A DNA stretch of 64,000 nucleotides from Monocercomonoides exilis PA203 (lineage: Eukaryota > Protista > Preaxostyla): assembly GCA_001643675.2 (NCBI GenBank), contig LSRY02000022.1, positions 124,001 through 188,000 on the forward strand. Direction: 5' to 3'. Below the pieces are notes generated by a model. It had not been told where the DNA came from. It did no database searches and saw only the letters and a list, made by a program, of their open reading frames with translations. Made by a program: the position numbers and the translations under genes. Shown here one piece after another: positions 55,201 through 64,000 of this stretch (position 1 is its first letter; each line of letters begins with the position of its first letter).

Positions 55201-58200
55201 TTGCCTTTTAACCAGCAAAATGCTATTAATACAACGTTAAATGGACCAAATCAGACTCCTCAGTCAATTCCTCAGCCAACTACATCAGCATCCTTCTCTT
55301 CTTCTCCTTCCTCCTCTTCTTTATCATCATCATCTCCTTCTTCACCATCCGCACCAATTTCATCTGATAACAATCAGATTGTCAATGCTTTGCCTTCTTC
55401 GCCATTATCACTTTCGCCTCCTCTTTCAATGTGCTCTTTATCTCCTTTTTACACCAGCACCCCATCTCTTACCCATCAAATGTGGCATCCTGTTCCTTCT
55501 TCCTCTCTTCCCTCTTCGCTAACTTCTGCCTCACAGCATCCGTTCCTACTTCGTCACTGTGCTTTCCTGAGCCAAAATTGTCAGCCATTCCAAGCCGCAT
55601 CGATAGAATTGAGGAAGAGAAAGCGACACAGTGGAAGATAGAGAAGATGCAGAAGAAAGAGGCAGAGAAGGAGACAAAGGAGCAGCTGGAGGAAGAGAAT
55701 GAGTACTTTGAGAAAAAACGTGAAAAGCTCGAAGACTAGCAGAAGAAGGCGCTGGAGCAGGCTGAGAAGAAGAAAGAGATATTTGTTTCGTATCTGAAAA
55801 AGATGAAGATTGAAAGAAGTGAATCGAACTTCAAAAGCGAAGCGAACAAGAGGAATATGTTGATGAAGGAGCATTTCGAATCGCCTCCAGTTGTTTGGAT
55901 AATGAAGGCGCCGTCGATTCGAAAAGATCAATAATTTTTTCTGGCAAGCTGTTCAATATGGAGGCTTTGCAGATGTCATTCAGAATAAAATCACATTTCT
56001 ATCTATAGAAAAAGGAGAAGATAAAATTTCAGAAAACTTGTCCCCTTCAAAAGAACATCAAAAGAAGAATAAAAAGATAAACAAAATGAAAATTATGTTC
56101 CAAAAAAAAAAAAAAAAAAAAAAAGAAAAAGAAAAAGAAAAACATTCGGAGCCAAAGCGAAGTGAAAATGCAAATGTGTTTTTAGATGTTTGATTTCAAA
56201 ACTTATTATTTTTCTTCTTCTGATCCTTATAAGAAAAACTCACTATTTGAAAGTTTTCTTTGTATTTCACAAGATAATCGTCAAACACAGCAAAAAAAGC
56301 ATGAAAGAAGCTTCTTCTTCTTCTCCTTCTTAGGATTCTTCTACTTATAGAAGTGAAGTTGAAGTTCCACATCCTTCTCTGTCGTCTCCAAACACGTTTG
56401 CTTCTTCTTCCTCCTCTTCTTTGCATTTTTTACAAACTCATTCCTCAAAGTCATCTCATTCAAAACCCAGATCATCAGTATCGGCCATATCTCTTCATTC
56501 TAAAGCTATAACAGCTACATCGTCATCATTTATTTTTTCTTCATCTTCTGGTTTATCTTCCTTATCATTCTCTCAAAATGCATCTGTTTTCAAACAATTT
56601 CTTCATTGCCGTCAACCACTCACACACAATCAAAAAAAAAAAAAAAATTAAAAAAAAAAATAAAAAACACAGCAGCAACACCCTCAAACCGATCTCTATG
56701 ACATCCATTCTCAACTCTCACGCAAAATGCAGCTGAATTCAAAAAACAAAAGAGGAAGCCGAAAGCAAGTTAGAAGCGGAACTCGTCTCTATCTCCATCT
56801 TCTTTGATGTCATCTTCTTCCACTGCTTTTCCTATCCATCTTCATCTTCATTGTCCTCTTCTCCATCTTCAAGTCTGCTCTCTTATTCTATTTCTTCAAA
56901 AAAGAAATCTGAGAAAGGAAATGAAAATGAAAAAAAAGCGAAATTGAAGCCAAAATAGCAGAAACTCACGGCTCTTTAACAATAACTCACGATGAAAACG
57001 AAGATGATGCAGTGGATCAGCCAAATGGTATTATAACTTCTCATCAAAATGCCTCTTCGAAACCAGACAGAAAAGTATTTCCATCTTCTTCAGTGTAAAT
57101 TCGACTGACTATTTCGACATCGTCTCCACATTTAGACTCAGTTATATATTCTTCTTCTTCTTCGTTTTCTTCATCTTCCTCTTCTTCTTCTGTTCTTCAA
57201 GAAATACAGTGCTCGCTCCATTTCACACTTCCTTCTCTTCTCCACCACTGGGTCGGATGTGCTGAGATGTGTGTGCGGAAAAGCATAATGGAAGGCAGCG
57301 TGCTGTTGCTTCCTGTTGATGGATGGCATATGAAAAAGCTTGTGTGCTATGAAGAAGAAGTGATTTTGGCCTCATACTGAAATGCCCTCCGGAGCTGAGG
57401 TTAACTGAGAAAGGAATGAAAGCACTGGAAATCAGAGAGTATGAGATCTGGGCAAGGAGGATGAGAGAGAAGGAGATAAGGAAGAAGGAAAGGATGGAAA
57501 GAAAGAGAAAAGAGGAGGGATGCGAAGTGAGAAAAAGATGGAGGAATAACTTTAAGGATGATACAGCCATTGAGTAATGCATCTGCATCCAACTGATAAT
57601 GTTTAAAAGAACAAGAATAAGACTCTACTGTACAAACTCCTATCGGATGTCTGTAAGGGAGGTCAGGGCGTCGAAGAAGGAGCATCACACCCAGAGGATG
57701 TTGCCAATGGAAGGGGTGATGTGGTGGACGGCTGTGGAGAGGGAAGCGCGGAGGAAAGCGGGGAGCCACACTGATGGAAAGAGAAGCCAGTGTGCTGGTT
57801 AACGAATATCTGGTGAGCGCGGTGAAAAGTGATGCAGGCAGAGTCCAAAGCGTAGACTTTTCTGGATCCTGGAGCAGGCAGCCCAGAATCATCGGAGTCA
57901 GCCAGAACAGATGGGCTGATGGGAACACGAGAGGCAGGTCCAACAAGCAAAGAGAAGGTGAATGGAGAGATGCGAGTTCCACGGAAGGGTACGCAGAAGC
58001 GATATGGAGAAAGGGGAACGACAATGAAACCGGGATTGTGATTCTGTGCTTGAGATTCATGCACCATTTTGTCATTCATATCCTTTCATGTGAAACTTGT
58101 TTTTAACCAATCTGTTCTCAAAACGAACAGGCAGACAAAAACAGAGCATCAAAGGAGGCAGATAACTGGATGACATATAATTTATGAGAAGAAGATAGAG

Positions 58201-58260
58201 AGAATCAGTGGAGAAACAAAGAGAGGAAGATAAAATGAAGATGTTCGTGCGATAGAAGCT
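49300..58260. other. Patchwork of degraded host-like coding fragments with low-complexity tracts
   Basis: Many short broken ORFs on both strands, Glu/Ser-rich. No domain that I can support. Confidence 0.35.
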
Positions 58261-60063
58261 TTTTAAGTGGAAAAAAAAATTGACGAGTTTCTTTTCATTT
58301 TTTAATATTTTCTTTATTTATCTTAAACTTTGTTTGATATTTAGATAATAATTAAATATTTCTAAGATTACTTGTTTACAAACAAATTTATCAACAAGCA
58401 GTTGATAACTTGATGAGTGTCTTATGTTTCTATTATATTTTTGCTTAAGTGTTAATGTGAATTGATAAAATTCAACAAATGTTTTAAGATCTTCAAAATT
58501 AATTTAAAAATTTCTTTGCAATAACATCATAAAATTAATTTTTATATAAAAAATTGATTGATTACGTATTGTTATTATTGTTTTTATGTTTTATTAGGTT
58601 AATCGAATTTTGGATTTTTTTTGAAATTATTTTTATTTCTCGATATTTGAAATAAAAACAATTGGAAACTAATTAAAATCAACAAATAATTAATAATTAT
58701 AATATATTGATCTATATTTTCATGCAATTTCAAATAAAATTAATTTTTTCAACCTCACCCTTTATGAAAATTTTTTATGATCAAACTTCGTTATTTTTTA
58801 TGATATCAAAAAAAATCACCCATCTTCTCAAGCTGATTCTATTCTTCTCTCGTAATAACCCTTATATCATCTTTCTTCCTTTCCTTTGCTTTTCAAGGCT
58901 GTTTGATTTTCTTCTGGTATTTGACTCAGCTTTCTTGTTATTTTTGCATGTGCATTGATGAAAGGATAGAACGAAAGCAAGAACGATTACAGTCAAATAA
59001 AGATATAATGATGACCTCATAAATAAGAGATTTTGTTTATTAAGAATAAAGAACTGAAAAAATAAATGAATGATCAAAATGAAAAAAAAATCACAAGAAT
59101 CAGACTTAATAAACAAAAGTGATTTTCAGATTTTATACAACAGCAAGCTTTGTCAATTCCAATGAACACAAACAAGTTTTTTTTCTCACTTGCCAAATGA
59201 AAAATAAAGACTGTGAAAGCCAATAAACTCGACATATTCTTCTGATTGAACAGTTGATTTAAAATTTTTTCAAATGAGAAGTTTCTCACACATGAAAAAA
59301 ATGAAAGTTCAATCTATCAAGCAAATATTGTAATAATTTTAGTATTGTTCAATCTCCAATTTTTTTCCATTTTCATCTGTCTAGTAAATTGATTCTATCT
59401 GTAAACAATTGAAAAGGAATAATTATGAATGATATTATTTTCAATTTGAAAAAAAGAAGGAATTCCACAATATCATGAATAAATAATGAAATATTCAAAA
59501 TGAATTACAAGAAAAAGCATAACTGGTTTCTTGTTTTGCTTTGCTGAGTTTGTTTTAGTAAATAAAACGATAAATTACACCGCCAAGTTTGTTTGAAGTT
59601 AATGTGCTCATTTCTTTGATTAAAAAAATGAAATCTGAAAAATGAAAAGAAAAATTATGGATTATTCTTTATGTGAAATGAAATAAACAACATTTCATAA
59701 GCCAAACCTGTTGTTAAGATCTTCTGTTTGTTTTTCAAACAGTAACGCTTCTTTGACTTTTGGTGACGTCAGTGACAGTCACGACTTCCAGTGGCAAAAA
59801 AAATCCAAGTTTATAAGATCTTGTCACTAAACCATTTTTTTCTTTAGAAATTTTTTAATTTTGAAATTAATATTTTTCTCTTACAAAAGAAGACACTTTC
59901 TTTAAATAAATAACAATTATTTGAAATGAATTTTATTTTTTCTTTTCTAATTTTTATATTTTTTTTTTGAAAATTTATAAATATTGAGAAAAAATATGTT
60001 TTGATCAGAAGAAAATTGGAACATGTCGGTCACTTGTGTCAGTAACTGACAAATATTGCCACA

Positions 60064-60078
60064 TGTCGCACAGGTCTA
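60064..60078. repeat. Orphan hAT-type right TIR
   Basis: TGTCGCACAGGTCTA matches the hAT1 right TIR at 13/15 and is preceded by the same TGTCGGTC subterminal motif (~60024). No partner found in the window. Confidence 0.6.
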
Positions 60079-60473
60079 TTCTAATGTTATATTTCACATA
60101 TTAAAAATGACAAATATTTGGTTGTTTCATATGGTTCAACAAATGCTAACTTTTGATTTTGTTGTTTGATTTTTATTATTTTTTTATCTCTTTGTCATTT
60201 TTAAGTTTTTCAATTAATGTGTCAGATATTGAGTTTTGACAGCATGAATCCCCAGTTTTTGCATATTTGAATTGTAATGCATGCAAAGCACGCATAACAT
60301 ATCCTCTTAACATATATATGATTCTTGATCAAAAAATTCACAAAAAAAATATTTCTATTAATTCAATTCTTACAATTCTGTCCGAAATGAAACCAAATTG
60401 AAAGATAAATTTCACTCAATGCAGACGATGAAGCGAGCGCACGCATGCCGCAAGGCAGGCGCACACAAACTCG

Positions 60474-60926
60474 TTTCACAAGTTTTTGAAATACATTCTT
60501 AAAAACAACTAGAAATTTCCTTTTTATATTCAAAATCTTAAGTTTAACAACTTGTTTTTTCTAGATATTTTCATATTTCAATTTTTTATCGACATGCGAA
60601 TACTATTTTGAAAATTTCTTCGTTATTAAAATGAAGTGTTAAAAATAAAAATATGACATGAAAAATATTTTCTCTGATGCAAAAAGAAAATATTAATGTT
60701 CAATTTTTTTCACACTTCTTTATTAGAGTGTGTAATTTTCATCTCATATTTTTATTTTTAACGCTTCATTTTTATAACAAAGAAATTTTCAAAATAGTAT
60801 TCGCTTGTTGAAAAAAAAATGAAATGTGAAAAAATCAAGAAAAAACAAGTTGTTAAACTTAAGATTATAAATATAAAAAGGATAATGCTAGTAGTTTTAA
60901 AAAATGGATTTCAAAAATATGTGAAA
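60474..60926. mobile_element. Diverged foldback/MITE-like palindrome (~190-bp arms)
   Basis: 60474-~60664 is an imperfect reverse complement of ~60737-60926 (e.g. AATCTTAAGTTTAACAACTTGTTTTTTC vs GAAAAAACAAGTTGTTAAACTTAAGATT). Confidence 0.75.
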
Positions 60927-62272
60927 TGCTTCCTCGGCTGAAAAAAGTCACTTCAAAATAAAAAAAATTGCTGTATCTCTACGAAAAATAAACAAAATTT
61001 AAAAAAACAAACCTGTAATTTAATGTATTTGTTTTATAAACACACTCATCCGAGTGTTGAGGTCCATCTAGCTTTATTGAATGATTGGCATGCAAAAACA
61101 AAAAAAGTTCCAATAAAGAAAAAAGTCCCATTCAAAAGTTGACACTGTGGGAAGCATCGAAAAAGCTATTAGGGCAGCGAATGGGAAAAACAGAGAAATC
61201 AGAAAGCAATGCTTGAATTTTCTTCAAAGTGCAGTGTGTGGAGGAAAGATGAAAAGTGAAGATCTATCAGAAAGCAGAACAGCAGATGCTAGTTTGGAGG
61301 AAATTACCCAATTTGATGTTTCAAAAGAGTGACTTGTAGTTGAATTAAAGCTTTTCATTCTTTGTGAAATGCTGATAATAAATATGGAGAATGAAAGCCT
61401 CAACGAAAAACGAAAAGAGAGGAAAAGAAAGTTATTGAAAAAGATGGAAGAAGAAGGGTTCGAAGGCTGTTTAGAGGAACTGTTCAGTTTCTTTGTCAAT
61501 AGATCGATAGTTCCTGTTTTCACATTTTTTTCACAGAACAAAATTTTTTTGATTGCTGAATTGATGGGATTTTCAATTTTTATTTCATTTGTCATTGAGC
61601 AGAACATTTATTTGACTGAATTATGAAGGGATTCGATTTTTTTTTTTTTTTTTTTTTAAAATTGTGAATTTAAAAGGTGCCACACAAAAAAATACGTCTT
61701 TTCAAGCATTTGACTTTTTCAGAAATTTATTTGAACAACATTTTTTAAAAAACAAGATGTGAAACTTTTCTTATTGAACTTTCAAAAGCGAAAAATGAAT
61801 TCAATCATACAATGAGTCAAAATAAAAGCTTACAAAAAGTTTTATCTTTCGTTTTTGTGAAACATTCCATAGTATCATGCATTTTGTTGGATGAAATATC
61901 ATTGTGACAACAAAGTTAAAACCCACTTTTCCTTATTATTTTTTTAACTGAATTTCTTCCATTTTGTTGAACTTGCGTAAACAGAATTTTGTTTTCTCTG
62001 TGATCAGTCGTTAAGTGCCTAATCGTGGCTTTCCTTCATTAACCGCGAACTTTATGATTGTCCCATAACTTCTTTCATTGAACTCTCAATCTTCTTTTGC
62101 AATATTCCATAAGGGGAAAGCACACAGTTTCATTAAGCGCAATGGCTTCATTTGATGAATAACTTGTCGCTTAAATGCAATCAATGTTTAAGTGGTTCAT
62201 TCCCAAATAACCTGTCACATTCCGCTAAATATCTCCCATTGCTTCTGGCAGTTGTGATTTTCTCTCAAAAAG

Positions 62273-62830
62273 CTAATTCATCCCAATCACACTCACTGCC
62301 TTCCCTTTCCCAACAACTGAAATCTTCTTTTCCCCAACACTGATTGTTGTCCCTTCGCTCACATGCCTTCCACTTAGCAACGTGATTGTCGAGCTCAGCT
62401 GCACCATGCTCGACCCCACTGCATGCCCCACAGTCTTGCACGGTGCTGCCTCACTCATCCCACACAGATTGCTCGTGTCACTTCCACTCACTCCAACATA
62501 TCTATCTTTCATCCCTTCCTTCAACCATTCCTTCTTTTCTGTATGCAGATATGTCCAACTGCCTGAATAATATCTATGGCACACTCTCGTATCATTTGTA
62601 TTCGTTGTGTACGATTCGTAGAATGGGTTGTTCGAAGAAAAGTGATTGTAATAATCTTCAAAATACACATCATGGCCATAAGTCGTGGAAGTTGTTGTGC
62701 AACTGCAATCATGGAAGAAGAAGAAATAGCAATAAATGTTGTTGCTTGGAGCAGCTGATTGAGCTGGATACAACTCCATTCCTCCACCATTCGACACCGC
62801 TGAGCACGAAATGAACTGGAGACTTCTCAT
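62273..62830 (-). pseudogene. Fragment of a Cys-rich beta-helix/surface-protein-like multicopy family
   Basis: SNGGGMEL and YVGVSGSDTSNLCGMSEAAPCKTVGHAV motifs, recalled from expanded oxymonad surface-protein families. Truncated on both sides. Confidence 0.55.
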
Positions 62831-63679
62831 TTTAAAAGCAGATGGAACAGTTTAGCAAAACATCCCTCCACTCCACTTTGTCTTCAACAAACACAAAGTG
62901 AATTTGCTCTTGAACACACAAGCACACTCCCCATTTCCACCTTCTGTTTTAACACAGCTTTTATTATTTTTAATTTTTCAAAAAGAAGTCCTTTTTAGCA
63001 AAGTGCTTAAAATGATGATTTGAACTTAATTCTTTTGTTCTAATAATCGAATAATTTTTAATGTTGTTCTACCAATTATCACTGAAATAACGATTCTTCA
63101 TTCTTTGAGAAACATGCTTCAGTTACAGCGAACAATCATACTCTTCTCATTTTCTGAAAAATTTTCCTTTTTTATTTGTTGTCTTTCTTATCGTTTTATC
63201 CGTTCCACATTCCCTTCATTAATAATTTCAGATATTGTTTTTATTTATTTGAGACCCTAACTGATTGATGGAACATCCAGAATTAATTTTCTTTTTCAAC
63301 ATAACGTTTGTTAATGCTAACATGTTTTAAATTTACGAGAATTCTAATTGATAACAAAGATTCAAAAAAAATAGCAGAGGGATTAACTGAAGTTAATTTT
63401 GTTTTTTCAAATTCAAATTTGGATCTCAATAAATGATCTTATTCTCATAAAATCTGTTGGATTGAAAGAGTTATTTATCATTTCTTCTTTAAGCAATATA
63501 AATCTTGAGTACAAATATTTTTATTAGAATATATTGCTTGTTTAGAAAAATATAAGAATTTATCTAATTAATATAATTGATTGATATTCAAAGATCATGA
63601 ATATAACTTATAAAAATTGAACCATATTTTCAAAATTTTGAATAATAATTAAAGGGTGTTTATTTCGTTTGATTCATTA

Positions 63680-64000
63680 ATGTCTCAACTTCTTCAGTTT
63701 GCAAATGAAACAAAACAACTCCAGAAAAGAAACTTTACTACAAAGGACACCTTTAAAATGATGAGAGATTTTATTAAGGAATGTAAAAAGTGTGTATTTT
63801 GTAAGCATTTGGCTATTTTCCTCGGAAAAAGTGGAACAGGCAAAAGCACAATGATAGATGCTTTATTGGGAATACCACTCAATGAAACATGGGACAAAAA
63901 AATCGTGAAAGTCAACGAATCGTCTGAAGGACCAGATATTGGAGATGGAAAATTAGCGAAAACACCGTTTCCAGAAGCTTATAAGCTGGATGATGGATAT
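63680..64000 (+). CDS. P-loop GTPase (AIG1/septin-like), 5' part; runs off the window
   Basis: Open frame from ATG 63680 to the window edge, absent from the ORF track: …AIFLGKSGTGKSTMIDALLG…IGDGKLAKTPFPEAY…. Confidence 0.7.
   Translation, partial: MSQLLQFANETKQLQKRNFTTKDTFKMMRDFIKECKKCVFCKHLAIFLGKSGTGKSTMIDALLGIPLNETWDKKIVKVNESSEGPDIGDGKLAKTPFPEAYKLDDGY

Overview
AT-rich eukaryotic DNA with introns, microsatellites and Ser/Glu-rich tracts. The multicopy gene fragments at about 38.5, 41.5 and 62.3 kb look like oxymonad (Monocercomonoides-type) families; this is an inference, not a database match. The window is a dense nest of DNA transposons. (1) Two ~9-kb hAT elements with perfect TIRs and 8-bp TSDs (834-9489, 16227-25474), each with a decayed transposase plus ~5 kb of host-like cargo. 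(2) A decayed Helitron Rep-PIF1 gene (9625-14506). (3) A 6-kb element with 1668-bp inverted arms around an AEP primase-SF3 helicase gene and no integrase, PolB or capsid (25676-31677). (4) A Merlin/IS1595-type element with GG..CC ends, an 8-bp TSD and ~1.3-kb TIRs built from host-gene sequence (38020-42346). (5) A Sola-like DDD transposase fused to a ubiquitin-specific protease (USP/C19) domain. It is followed immediately by a compact structured RNA candidate (cUUCGg loop, predicted pseudoknot) and framed by nested inverted repeats (42936-49074). There are also MITE/foldback elements, an orphan hAT end and the 5' part of a P-loop GTPase gene at the right edge. The best candidates for an undescribed system are the primase-helicase TIR element and the USP-transposase plus ncRNA element. 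All TE genes carry stops or frameshifts. All coordinates and motifs were read by eye.
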